From NCBI GenBank assembly GCA_045863235.1, contig BTUM01000011.1, forward strand, positions 32,001 through 96,000: 64,000 nt of DNA. Direction: 5' to 3'. The DNA comes from Candidatus Xenobia bacterium (GTDB taxonomy: Bacteria; Vulcanimicrobiota; Xenobia; Xenobiales; QWHO01). Below, piece by piece: positions 19,789-29,065 of the stretch (positions are counted from its first letter, which is position 1; every line of letters begins with the position of its first letter). The notes under the pieces were generated by a model. It had not been told where the DNA came from. It saw only the letters and a program-made list of their open reading frames with translations, and searched no databases. The translations under genes were made by a program, and so were the position numbers.

Positions 19789-20385
19789 TTACTCCTGGCA
19801 GATCGCCCGTAATGATTGACCCATCCAGCTGGGCACGTGCGGCAAGAGGCGCAAGAGCTGATTCTTAATCACGAATGAGAGAGAACCCTGAAGCTTGCCG
19901 ATAACCTCCGGAGTAACGGCTTCGCGTCCGAGATAGTAAAGTGCGGAGATCACCAAGCCACCCTCCGTACCGGCTCCTACCAGCTTTGTCGAGGCTGCGT
20001 GTTTTAGCTCGACCTCCTGCTTGCCGACCCGAATGATGCGAGAAGGCCCGTCGGTCAGGTAAATCGTCCGGGCCGGGACCTGGGTTGTAAGTCCCAAGCG
20101 ATTTGCTGCCTCCGCTCCCGAAAGCTGAAGCTTCTCCTGCCGCGCACGAGCGACTGCTTTCGCGACTTGCACCGCCGATACGGGTAGCCGGCCGAGGAGG
20201 GGGCTCTCCTTCGGGCGCACGTACACCCCTCGGCCAACGCGTTCTATCACTCGGTCTTTCACGAGTCGCGAGAGAGCTTGATCTACCGATGCGCGATTGC
20301 CAAGAGAACTCATCTCCTTGGCAGTAAACGGCTCGCCACGTCTCCTATGACGGACCTTCTGTCGGACTGTCTCCATTAAAGTCAT
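19789..20385 (-). CDS. abiEi: AbiEi-like antitoxin (DUF6088-type wHTH)
   Basis: VDQALSRL...IERVGRGVY, AANRLGLTTQVP...YLTDG. Directly upstream of the toxin, with a GGAAGGA RBS before ATG 20385. Confidence 0.85.
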   Translation of the reverse strand: MTLMETVRQKVRHRRRGEPFTAKEMSSLGNRASVDQALSRLVKDRVIERVGRGVYVRPKESPLLGRLPVSAVQVAKAVARARQEKLQLSGAEAANRLGLTTQVPARTIYLTDGPSRIIRVGKQEVELKHAASTKLVGAGTEGGLVISALYYLGREAVTPEVIGKLQGSLSFVIKNQLLRLLPHVPSWMGQSLRAICQE

Positions 20386-20397
20386 GGGTCCTTCCAC

Positions 20398-20432
20398 TCA
20401 GATATTATACCCTTAATTTCTGACACGAGCAA
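20398..20432 (-). promoter_or_regulatory. Sigma70 promoter of the AbiE operon with an overlapping inverted-repeat operator
   Basis: Minus strand TTGCTC-N17-TATAAT (20432..20404). Inverted repeat TCAGATATTA-N6-TAATTTCTGA (20398-20423) covers the -10. Confidence 0.7.
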
Positions 20433-20511
20433 GCTGAAAAAAGCTTACATATAAGAGATAAGAAGCGATAGACATTAAGTTAAACCGGGGTTGATAGTGC
20501 AGCGTCCGTGA

Positions 20512-20721
20512 AATCCGTCCCTGCCACGAATTACCCTACCTTCGAAAGGGTACCTCGAACGTGTTCGCGAGCACTATCGGTTGTTCAAGGCGGGATGCGT
20601 TTCCGGTGCGACCAAGAACGGAGTCAACCGCGGGAGGAGCAGAAACGAAGTCTGTCCCTGTGGTAGCGGGAAGAAGCGTAAGCGTTGCTGTGGTGATCTG
20701 GCGCGACAGCGGGCATCCTGA
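20512..20721 (+). pseudogene. C-terminal remnant of a SEC-C motif protein
   Basis: Frame reads GYLERVREHYRLFK...RSRNEVCPCGSGKKRKRCCG...*. An in-frame stop lies at 20509 and there is no convincing start. Not in the ORF track. Confidence 0.6.
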
Positions 20722-20744
20722 AACTCTCTCCCGCCCGCGCCTTG

Positions 20745-21087
20745 GCGCATGGCCCGCTCCGGGGACACGTCCGTGACGTTGGGTCCGCTGAAGAGGCTCC
20801 ACGTGCTGCCCGCCATCGTGACAGCCGCGACCACCAGCACCGTGCGGCCCTGCCAGAGACAGGCCGATCTCCGGTCGCGCGTCGCGCCAGATTCTGCTCA
20901 GCAACGAAGGGAGGAACCGGCCCGCCGCCAGTGCCCCCGATCAGGAGCAGCGCGATGGAGTCCAGGGCAAGGTCTCGAGCGATCGTGTCAAGCCAAGCAT
21001 GTAGAGCACCCCGGCAGTGACGAAGCCCAGTGCCAGGTTCAGAGGGACGATGAGCGCATCTCTTCTCGGGTGCATCTGTTCCACCAT
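20745..21087 (-). pseudogene. Frameshifted membrane-protein gene
   Basis: Hydrophobic segments LIVPLNLALGFVTAGVLYMLGL, IALLLIG, ALAAGRFLPSLL and TVLVVAAVTMAGSTWSLF follow each other across about three frameshifts. Confidence 0.45.
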
Positions 21088-21141
21088 GGCGCACTCGGAT
21101 CGCGACGGGCAGTGGTCATCAGTCAACATGGACAGGCCCAC

Positions 21142-22422
21142 TCACGGAAGCGGCCCCAGGGCGCGCAGCTCCAGGCTCTCGGCCTGCTCCTCCGCGGTCA
21201 GCGGGGTGGGCTGCACGTTGGAGGCGATCCAGCTGCTGGCCCCACCCGTCAGCTCGTCGATCATCTCGATGGCACGCTTGCGGGCGGCGCTCTGGGCGTT
21301 GAAAGTCAGCCAGGGCATGCCGCGCTGGGCCGACAGAGTCTGCACGGTCTCGCCGGCCCGGTCGAGGATGCTCAACTGGACGGTCACATAGGTCTCCCAG
21401 GCATCCACGTCCAGCTTGACAGCGCAGTCCCAGGGCGCCTCGGGGTCGACCAGGCGCAGGTCGGCCTCGTCCATGCGTGCCTCCAGGCGCTGGGCCAGCT
21501 CCGAGTCGTCGAACGCAACTCCATCCCCGCTGGGGATGGGCAGGAAATCGTAGGAGGGACCGATCAGGTAGCCGTCGGCGTCGATCTCGGCCAGGCCCAC
21601 TCGAACCATCCGGGGAGTTGGCCGCAAGATGGCCTGGGTGCGTGTCTGGGGCTCGGCTCGCAGCTCGACTTCCAGCGGGAAGACTCCCGGGCCCGACGCC
21701 TCCAGGAGGTGCTGGCCGGCCCGGACCGGCAGGGTCAGCGGAGTTGTCCCCACGCTCTGGCCGTTGAGCACCAGGTCGAGCGGTGGGCCGGACGACTCGA
21801 AGCTCAGCTCGGCCGGGCTGTGGGTCAGCTGCAGCGAGCGCTCCAGGTGGTCGCCGGCCTTCAAGTTCAGCACCACTGATTCGCTGGCGCAATCGGGATG
21901 GACCAGGCTCAGCTGGCGACGACCGGGAGCCAGGCTGACCTGGCAGGGGGTGACTCCCAACTCGGTCTCGCCCTCCAGTACCCGGGCGCCGGGGGGGTCA
22001 GTGGCCAGGCTGGCGCCGGTCCAGACGGTGGTGCTGGAGATCAGGTTGGGCTCGTCCACCTGAATGCAGCGGAAAACGGTCTCGGCGGTGGCCAGAGGAT
22101 CCTTGTAAGAGCGCAGCAGGTTGCGCATGTCGAGGCGGTTGCCCTGGCGCCGGTAGTATCCCAGGGCGGGCAGATCGCGGCCGGTGAGCTGGAACTCGCG
22201 CTGGAAGCGTCGTCCTTCGGCGGTGGCCAGGTCCACGGTTTTGAGGCTGAACTGGTAGTCGGCCAGCTTGTTCTGGCGGATCAGCACGTAGACATAACGC
22301 TTGGCGCGCGATGCCAGCTCGGACTGACCGGGGTGGCGCGAGTCGAGGATCACCGCCACCCCGGGCTCGGCTGCGGCGGGGAGCAGGAGGAGCACGATCA
22401 GGATCATTGCGCTGAATCTCAT
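21142..22422 (-). CDS. Secreted PEGA-domain protein
   Basis: Signal peptide and two PEGA-type units (TDPPGARV..G...GVTP; LVLNGQSVGTTPL). Confidence 0.75.
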   Translation of the reverse strand: MRFSAMILIVLLLLPAAAEPGVAVILDSRHPGQSELASRAKRYVYVLIRQNKLADYQFSLKTVDLATAEGRRFQREFQLTGRDLPALGYYRRQGNRLDMRNLLRSYKDPLATAETVFRCIQVDEPNLISSTTVWTGASLATDPPGARVLEGETELGVTPCQVSLAPGRRQLSLVHPDCASESVVLNLKAGDHLERSLQLTHSPAELSFESSGPPLDLVLNGQSVGTTPLTLPVRAGQHLLEASGPGVFPLEVELRAEPQTRTQAILRPTPRMVRVGLAEIDADGYLIGPSYDFLPIPSGDGVAFDDSELAQRLEARMDEADLRLVDPEAPWDCAVKLDVDAWETYVTVQLSILDRAGETVQTLSAQRGMPWLTFNAQSAARKRAIEMIDELTGGASSWIASNVQPTPLTAEEQAESLELRALGPLP

Positions 22423-22474
22423 GAGGACAGATCAGTGATCGGGGCCCCGATTCCTGCCAGGAAGGATCGCAGAC

Positions 22475-23239
22475 TTAATCAACGCTCCTGCAACCCCAGA
22501 GCAGGATCCGGTTGAACCCGTAGAATACCGGTCGCTCCGAGAACTGCGCCCCAAGCCTGAACCGACAGCGCTCCAGAAACGCTTCTTGCAGCCCGGGTTC
22601 GAGCCGTTCGAGGTAGGGCACCAGGGCGGTGCCGCGCACCCACTCCACCATTGCATCCGAGTCCGGGAGAAGGTGGGGGTACACCTTCTCCAGGGCGACC
22701 AGCTCGACTGCCCCGCTGGCATGGAGAATCTCGGCGTAGCGCCGCAGGGGCAGAACCGGCGAGAGGCGCGACCAGCCTTTCAGCGCGCTCACGAAAGGCT
22801 CCTCGGCAGCCGTCTCCAGAATGGCACGGTGGCTCGGATGATCGTGATTGGAGGGCATCTGCACGGCCAACTGCCCGCCTGGCGCAAGATGTCGCACGAG
22901 CCGAGGGAAGAGCCGCTCGTGGTCGTCCACCCACTGCAGGGCGGCGTGGGAGAAGATCAGGTCGTAGGAGCCAGCCAGCTCCTCCACCCGGCCCAAACGA
23001 AAGTTCAAGCCCGGACGCTGGAGAGGACGGGCTTTCTCCAGCATCTCGGGGGAGGAGTCCAGCCCTGTCAGCCTGGCCTCTGGCAAAGACTCAAAGAGGC
23101 GAGCGGTCAATTGCCCGGGTCCGCAGCCCAGGTCGATGGCCCGCATTCCCGGGGCGGGGCGCAGGAGACTGAGGAGGTCGGTGAAGGGGGCTTCTCGCTC
23201 GGCCTGAAAGCGGGCGTAACATTGCGGGTCCCAGGGCAT
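22475..23239 (-). CDS. tam: Trans-aconitate 2-methyltransferase-like SAM methyltransferase
   Basis: WDP..Y.RF..ER..PF.DLL, DLGCGPG, SHAALQWV and LAVQMP.N. Confidence 0.85.
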   Translation of the reverse strand: MPWDPQCYARFQAEREAPFTDLLSLLRPAPGMRAIDLGCGPGQLTARLFESLPEARLTGLDSSPEMLEKARPLQRPGLNFRLGRVEELAGSYDLIFSHAALQWVDDHERLFPRLVRHLAPGGQLAVQMPSNHDHPSHRAILETAAEEPFVSALKGWSRLSPVLPLRRYAEILHASGAVELVALEKVYPHLLPDSDAMVEWVRGTALVPYLERLEPGLQEAFLERCRFRLGAQFSERPVFYGFNRILLWGCRSVD

Positions 23240-23319
23240 GCAGGCGCTTTCGCTCCCACCAGGATGGGCGACCTCCCCGAGGCGGGATTTCCTGTCTGAG
23301 CGGGCGAACCGCCCTGGCT

Positions 23320-25191
23320 ATGCGCAGAATCACTTCGGGCGATCGGTTTCGCTATTTCTTCGATAACACCATGGCGCGGGGCCCCGTGGCCATGATCGGC
23401 TGGCTGGGCCTGGTCTCGCTGGCGATGGTGATGGTGGCGGCGCTGGTGGTCACCGTGCTGGGCATCAACGATACCGGCTTCATCGAGGAGCTCTGGCAGG
23501 GCACCATGCACGCCATTGATGCCGGCACCCTGGCCGGCGACCAGGGTTGGCCTCTTCGCATCGTGATGGCCGCCGTGACCGTGGGCGGCATCTTCATCGT
23601 CAGCACCCTGATCGGTATCCTCTCGAGCGGCCTGGAGAGCAAGCTCGACGAGTTGCGCAAAGGGCGCTCGTTCGTCATCGAGGACGGCCACACCCTGATT
23701 TTGGGTTGGAACTCGAAGATCTTCACCATCATCAGCGAGCTGGCCGTGGCTCAGGAGAGCGAGAAGAGCCCTTGCGTCGTGGTCCTGGCCGACAAGGACA
23801 AGGTGGAGATGGAGGACGAGATCCGCGCCGAGGTGGGCAACCTGCGCCGCACGCGGGTCATCTGTCGCTCGGGAAATCCCAACAACCTGGTCGACCTGGA
23901 CATCGTCAACCCCTACCAGTCCAAGTCCATCATCGTGCTCTCGCCGGAGGAGGGCAACGCCGACTCGCAGACCATCAAGACCATCCTGGCCGTGACCAAC
24001 AATCCCGACCGGCGTCCCGAGCCCTACCACATCGTGGCCGAGATCAAGGACGAGCGCAACCTCGAGGTGGTGCGCATGGTGGGCAAGGACGAGGTGGAGC
24101 TCTTGCTCGCCGACGACCTGATCGCCCGGGTGATGGTGCAGACCTGCCGCCAGTCGGGCCTGTCGGTGGTCTACACCGAGCTGATGGACTTCGACGGGGC
24201 CGAGATCTACATGCGTGAAGAGCCCGGCATGGCGGGGAAGAAGTTTGGCGAAGCGCTCTTTGCCTACCCCGAGTGTACGGTTTTCGGGCTGCAGTTCGCC
24301 GATGGCCGGGTCAAGGTGAACCCGCCCATGGATACCGTGATCGCAACCGGCGACAGGCTCATCGCCATCGCCGAGGATGATAGCACCCTGCGCGTCGGCA
24401 CCGGCAACCCCAGCCTGGATATGAGCGCGGTGGTCGGCAAGTCGGAGACTGAAACCGCTCCCGAGCGCACCCTGTTGCTGGGCTGGAACGAGCGAGCCCG
24501 CATCCTGGTGCGCGAGCTCGACCAGTACGTCCAACCGGGCTCTTTCCTCAAGATCGTTTCTACCTACGATGTGGCCGAGGCGGTGGGTGAGCTGGCCCTC
24601 AAGAACACAAGCCTGGAGTACCTCCACGCCGACACCACCGACCGGCGCGTGCTCGATTCGCTGGATGTGGCCAGCTACGACCACATCCTGTTGCTCTGCT
24701 ACAAGGAGCACCTGGACCTGCAGGAGGCCGATGCCCAGACGCTGGTGACGCTGCTTCACCTTCGCAACATCTCCGAGCTGACCAACATCGACCTCTCTAT
24801 CGTGAGCGAGATGCTCGACGTGCGCAACCGTGAGCTGGCCGAGGTCACCAAGGCCGACGACTTCATCGTGTCTGACAAGATGATCAGCCTGCTGATGAGC
24901 CAGGTTTCCGAGAACAAGCACCTGATGCGAGTGTTCGAGGACCTCTTCAACTCGGAGGGCTCGGAGATCTACGTCAAGCCCGCTGGCGACTACCTCAAAC
25001 CGGGCAGCACGGTCACCTTCGCCACCCTGGTGGAGGCGGCGCGTCTGCGCGGTCAGGTGGCCATCGGCTACCGCAACGTGCGCGATCAGTTCAATGCTTC
25101 CAAAGCTTACGGAATCGTGGTCAATCCGCCCAAGTCGCAGAGCATCACTCTGGGAGCCGACGATCGGGTCATCGTCATCGCCGAGGAGTGA
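23320..25191 (+). CDS. CASTOR/POLLUX (DMI1)-like ion channel with RCK domains
   Basis: RFRYFFDN, TM helices, GRSFVIE.GHTLILGW, VICRSGNP, QSGLSVVY.EL.DF.G.EIY and VNPPK. Confidence 0.85.
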   Translation: MRRITSGDRFRYFFDNTMARGPVAMIGWLGLVSLAMVMVAALVVTVLGINDTGFIEELWQGTMHAIDAGTLAGDQGWPLRIVMAAVTVGGIFIVSTLIGILSSGLESKLDELRKGRSFVIEDGHTLILGWNSKIFTIISELAVAQESEKSPCVVVLADKDKVEMEDEIRAEVGNLRRTRVICRSGNPNNLVDLDIVNPYQSKSIIVLSPEEGNADSQTIKTILAVTNNPDRRPEPYHIVAEIKDERNLEVVRMVGKDEVELLLADDLIARVMVQTCRQSGLSVVYTELMDFDGAEIYMREEPGMAGKKFGEALFAYPECTVFGLQFADGRVKVNPPMDTVIATGDRLIAIAEDDSTLRVGTGNPSLDMSAVVGKSETETAPERTLLLGWNERARILVRELDQYVQPGSFLKIVSTYDVAEAVGELALKNTSLEYLHADTTDRRVLDSLDVASYDHILLLCYKEHLDLQEADAQTLVTLLHLRNISELTNIDLSIVSEMLDVRNRELAEVTKADDFIVSDKMISLLMSQVSENKHLMRVFEDLFNSEGSEIYVKPAGDYLKPGSTVTFATLVEAARLRGQVAIGYRNVRDQFNASKAYGIVVNPPKSQSITLGADDRVIVIAEE

Positions 25192-25760
25192 GCCGCCCGC
25201 TGGGCGAAAAGGCCCGGGCTGTGAGAATCCTCTTGTTGCTGGCCTTCGTGTTGCTGGCCGCGGGTTGCTCGGGAGCCGGCGGAGGTGGGGCGACCCCCCC
25301 TGCAACCCTGGCGCCGGTCGGCAGTTATCTCGAGTATTCGCTGGTGCGCACCGACCGCTTCGGAAAGAGTCAGCCCAGGAAACTGCGCTTGACATTTCTG
25401 GCTGGCAATGAGCTGGGGCTGGGGGAGGAGAAGAAGCCCATCGCCACCCTCGATGGTGAGCTGGCTCCGACCGATGGCCAGCCCCTGCGCGAGTCCAACC
25501 TGGGCTTGCTCTACCTGCCGCCCGCTCAGCGCAAGGCCAACTCTCAATGCAAAGCTGGCCTCGTCCAGTTCGAGAAGCGCTGGGAGCGCTGGAGCGTCTG
25601 GCTGGTGCAGGTGCGCGAGGGCGACCTGTCGGGGCAGCGCTACTATGAGTCTCGGACGGGGTTCCTGGTCGGCTTCGAGCTCAATCAGGACGATCCCAAT
25701 CGCAACAAGGGCGAATTCGTGAGGGGGATTCTGGAAAGCACCGACCTGCCAGGACTGTGA
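25188..25760 (+). CDS. Hypothetical lipoprotein
   Basis: Lipobox LAAG-C. Coupled (GTGA) to both neighbours; true start may be slightly downstream. Confidence 0.6.
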   Translation: MSRPLGEKARAVRILLLLAFVLLAAGCSGAGGGGATPPATLAPVGSYLEYSLVRTDRFGKSQPRKLRLTFLAGNELGLGEEKKPIATLDGELAPTDGQPLRESNLGLLYLPPAQRKANSQCKAGLVQFEKRWERWSVWLVQVREGDLSGQRYYESRTGFLVGFELNQDDPNRNKGEFVRGILESTDLPGL

Positions 25761-27373
25761 GCTCGCACATCGAGAATTTCGAGATCCTGGTGCGCCACGG
25801 CGCCATCCGAGGGGTCTATCAGATCGACGAGTTCTTGGACGCCTTTCGGGCCATGCAGCCGAGCCTCCACCGCTTCTGCGATGAGAGCGCCCTGGTGGAC
25901 GTGGATGCTCTGATTTACTGCACTGCGCGTCTTCCCGAGGGCATTCACGCCCTGCGTGAGTTCCTGGTGCAGGCTGACGTGCCCGACAAGCTTCCCACCA
26001 TGGCCGGGGTGCAGCGAGTCGAGACGCCGGCCCGGCGCCGCTCCACCTTCCTGATCGGCGATGACATCGTGATCGTGGTGGCTCGCGAGGGCGTGACCGA
26101 GCTGCTCGACCTGGTCACCTTGCTGACCTCTTATGCCATCGAGGCTCACAAGATCTGCGAGCTGCTCAAGGGCACTCCGCTGCTGACTGACATCCAGCGG
26201 TATCTCTCCGGTCCCTTCGATATCGCCGTGCAGAACCGTTTGACAGCGCGGCTGGCTTTCCAACTCGGCAGCACCGACGACGCCATGGTGCGTCTGGACG
26301 AGCACTGGAAAGGAGAGTTGTTGCGCCGGGTGCTCTATCTCACCGAGCACCCGCCCAGCCTGGTGGTGCGATTGCATCGAGACTACTCGATCGAGGCCTC
26401 GATCGAGCGGGCGCGGGCCTGGTCCGAGCACCTCTTCCAGGAGACGGCCGCCTCGGCCGAGCACGAGGTCCACATCCTCTCGAGCAATCTTCAGTCGTGC
26501 TTGAACCTGCTCTCGAGCTATCCGCGCAAGGAGGCGCAGGCCATCTGGGCCTGGGCGGCCGAGCACTCCAGCCATGCTGAGCTCTACGTCGGCGAGCCGA
26601 ACACCAACCTGGTTTATCTGGCCCTCCATGAGTGGCTGGCCGCCCATCCCGACAAGGCGGCCGAGCGCAGGGCCTGGGATGAGCAGCACGGCCTGCGCAA
26701 CCTGGAGGATACCTTTCACGTGGGGGTGGGGGCCCAGGCCTTCGACCTGGCCCGCATCGACTTCGAGGGGGTCGATCCGCGGCTCAAGCTCGATCGCCAG
26801 CGCATCACCAGCGAGCGCCCGCTGCTCCTCAACGTCGACTACGCCTTCGGCGAGCAGGCAGGCATCGTGGTGGAGCAGCTCTTCCGCCGCTTTAACGGGC
26901 GCGTGGCCAGCTTCTCCATCATGGGCAAGGCTGGCACGGTGGTGGGCGATCGGGGTGGCGTCATGCTGCCCAACTACCTTTTGCGCGAGGGCAGCCGGGA
27001 CGTCTACGACCTGCCCTTCGGGAACTTCCTGGGGCGGGAAGACTTCCACGATCTCGAACTGGGCGAGGTCTATGCCGATGGACCGATGCTGACCGTGCTC
27101 GGCACCATCCTGCAAAATGACGAGATGCTCAAGCGCTATCGCGACGAGTGGAAGATCCTGGGCCTGGAGATGGAGGGCATCCCCTACGTTCGCGCGATGC
27201 ACCAGTGCCGCAAGCTGGGTTACCTGCGCGAGAATCTGCGGGTAGGAGTGGGCTACTGGGCCTCGGACGCGCCCCTTCGGGTGGGGGAGACTCTCTCGCA
27301 CGAGTCCGCCCTGCAGGGGCTGACGGCCGTCTACGCGATCAACGTGGCGATTCTCAACAACCTGCTGGGCTAA
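25757..27373 (+). CDS. DUF6909-like protein with a nucleoside phosphorylase-like C-terminal domain
   Basis: HILSSNL.S, DYAFGEQA, IMGKAG, TVLGT.LQN, LEMEG and Y.ASD.PL. Confidence 0.65.
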   Translation: MSSHIENFEILVRHGAIRGVYQIDEFLDAFRAMQPSLHRFCDESALVDVDALIYCTARLPEGIHALREFLVQADVPDKLPTMAGVQRVETPARRRSTFLIGDDIVIVVAREGVTELLDLVTLLTSYAIEAHKICELLKGTPLLTDIQRYLSGPFDIAVQNRLTARLAFQLGSTDDAMVRLDEHWKGELLRRVLYLTEHPPSLVVRLHRDYSIEASIERARAWSEHLFQETAASAEHEVHILSSNLQSCLNLLSSYPRKEAQAIWAWAAEHSSHAELYVGEPNTNLVYLALHEWLAAHPDKAAERRAWDEQHGLRNLEDTFHVGVGAQAFDLARIDFEGVDPRLKLDRQRITSERPLLLNVDYAFGEQAGIVVEQLFRRFNGRVASFSIMGKAGTVVGDRGGVMLPNYLLREGSRDVYDLPFGNFLGREDFHDLELGEVYADGPMLTVLGTILQNDEMLKRYRDEWKILGLEMEGIPYVRAMHQCRKLGYLRENLRVGVGYWASDAPLRVGETLSHESALQGLTAVYAINVAILNNLLG

Positions 27374-27378
27374 CCTAC

Positions 27379-27478
27379 CTCCCGCGCGTTGACCTGTTCA
27401 GAATTGGAACGCGCGGGAGTGTAGGCAATCTGTTGAACGGCGCCGCGCCAATTCCTGAAGTGTTCAACGCGCGGCGCC
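27379..27478. repeat. Pair of related GC-rich palindromes (REP/BIME-like) between convergent genes
   Basis: 12-bp stem 27379-90/27408-19 and 10-bp stem 27439-48/27469-78. The two units resemble each other in inverted orientation. Confidence 0.6.
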
Positions 27479-28966
27479 TTAATTGGGACGCAGCCCCATG
27501 CGGCTGTCCACCGGCTCCTTGAACTGCTGCTTGACCGGTCCCACTGCCTGCATCAGGTCGTCGAACTCGATGCGGGGCTTGCCGTCCTCGCTCTTGGAGC
27601 CCCGGCTCAAGGCCCGGATGGCGGCTTGCTTGACCAGCTCGTGCAGGGCGGCGGGGAGCAGGCCGTCGCTGGCGTCGGCAACTTTTTGCAGCTCCTCGTC
27701 GCCGGGCCCTCCCGGGCCTTCCAGAAAGCGCTTGAGAAGCCGCAGGCGAAGCTGCGTGTTGGGGGCTGGAATCGTGAGGATGCGATCCACCCGCCCCGGG
27801 CGGCGGATCAGGGCCGCTTCCATCTCGCTCGAGTCGTTGGTGGTCATGAGCACCACCACGTCCTCGTTGCCCTGCACCCCGTCCATCTCGGTCAAGAGCG
27901 CTCCCAGAAAGAGGGAGAGGTTGTTCTGGTAACGATTGGTGGCCAGCAGGTCGACGTCTTCCATCAGGATCAGGCTGGGCGAGAGATCGCGGGCCAGCGA
28001 GAAGACCAGCCGGAGCTGGTCAGGTGACTCTCCTTGCACCAGGATGGCGGTGAACTCGGGGGCGTTGGTCAAAAGCCAGCGCACCAGGGTGGTCTTGCCG
28101 GTACCCGGGGGGCCCACCATGAGCAGGCCACGCTTGGTGGGAATGCCAGCCGCTTTGAGCTGCTCGCGGTTCTTCATGAAGGCCAGCACCGCCTGGTCCA
28201 CCTCCTTGAGCAACTCCTCGTCGAAGACCGGGTGCTCGCCGCTGGGACGACTCAGGATGCTCAGCTTGGTTTGCTCGAGGATGCCTCCGGTCAGCGAGAT
28301 CAGGCAGCCGCGATAGCGATTGTTGCGGGTGATCTCGCGGCGGATCCGCTGGCCCAGCTTCTCGGCCGCCTGCTCACCGGAGCCTTTGAGGTAGGCCACG
28401 TGGATGGTGACGTCCTCGGAGTAGCCCTGGTCCCAGTAGGTGGTGTCCAGCACCACCGGCTGCTCGTCCACCTTCAGGAAGTAGAGGCTGGGGGCGCGCA
28501 GCGACACCGACTGACCGGGACCGGTCTCCAGCTCCTGGATCACCTCCAGTCCCCCGGGGCTGACGGTCTGCTCCACCCAGTGCTCGAAGCCCACCGCTCC
28601 CAGGGGAGGATTGAGGCTGAAGCCCAGCTGCAAGGCCGCATTCATCGGGGTGGGGAAGACCGCCAGCGGAGGGCGCTGGCCCAGCTCTTCCTGCAAGCGC
28701 TCGCAGGCAAGTCGGAAGTCGTCGTGCAGATAGCGCTTGATGCTGATGGTGAGGACCCCCAGCTGATCGCGCTTCTTGAACTTGAGATAGCTCCTCAGGG
28801 GGTGTCGGGCGCCGGCCCGCGAGCCGAGCAGCTTGTAGAAGAACCCCTGATCGCGCAACCAGCGGATGACCAGGGCGGGAAGGCCGAAGACCAGCCAGAG
28901 GATGACGGGAACGAGCAGGGGCACGAGCAAGACCAGCCCGGCGACCTCGAGAGCGGATTGCCACAC
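27479..28966 (-). CDS. Membrane-anchored AAA+ ATPase
   Basis: N-terminal TM, Walker A GPPGTGKT, Walker B LMEDVD and SRH TTN...ALIRRPGRVD. GTG 28966 is preferred because TTG 29020 lies in a terminator U-tract. Confidence 0.85.
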   Translation of the reverse strand: MWQSALEVAGLVLLVPLLVPVILWLVFGLPALVIRWLRDQGFFYKLLGSRAGARHPLRSYLKFKKRDQLGVLTISIKRYLHDDFRLACERLQEELGQRPPLAVFPTPMNAALQLGFSLNPPLGAVGFEHWVEQTVSPGGLEVIQELETGPGQSVSLRAPSLYFLKVDEQPVVLDTTYWDQGYSEDVTIHVAYLKGSGEQAAEKLGQRIRREITRNNRYRGCLISLTGGILEQTKLSILSRPSGEHPVFDEELLKEVDQAVLAFMKNREQLKAAGIPTKRGLLMVGPPGTGKTTLVRWLLTNAPEFTAILVQGESPDQLRLVFSLARDLSPSLILMEDVDLLATNRYQNNLSLFLGALLTEMDGVQGNEDVVVLMTTNDSSEMEAALIRRPGRVDRILTIPAPNTQLRLRLLKRFLEGPGGPGDEELQKVADASDGLLPAALHELVKQAAIRALSRGSKSEDGKPRIEFDDLMQAVGPVKQQFKEPVDSRMGLRPN

Positions 28967-29011
28967 GGGCGCTCTCTTCTTGCTTTTTCGAAAAAGACCC
29001 CTCAGGGCTCG

Positions 29012-29045
29012 TAAAAACAAGAGAGCCGGATCAAATCCGGCTCTC
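29012..29045 (-). terminator. Rho-independent terminator of the HNH gene
   Basis: 11-bp stem GAGAGCCGGAT/ATCCGGCTCTC followed by TTGTTTTT on the minus strand. Confidence 0.8.
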
Positions 29046-29065
29046 GGTCGAGCGACCTGAAGGGG

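Noticed and set aside
20434..20445. AGCTTTTTTCAG (minus strand) resembling the TTTCAG promoter motif
   Set aside because: Not followed by the YANNCT-N6-start arrangement; it lies in an AT-rich stretch and may be chance.
23107..27301. Long antisense ORFs (762 aa, 538 aa) and similar ones across the window
   Set aside because: Shadow frames of high-GC genes; the opposite strand carries the recognisable proteins.
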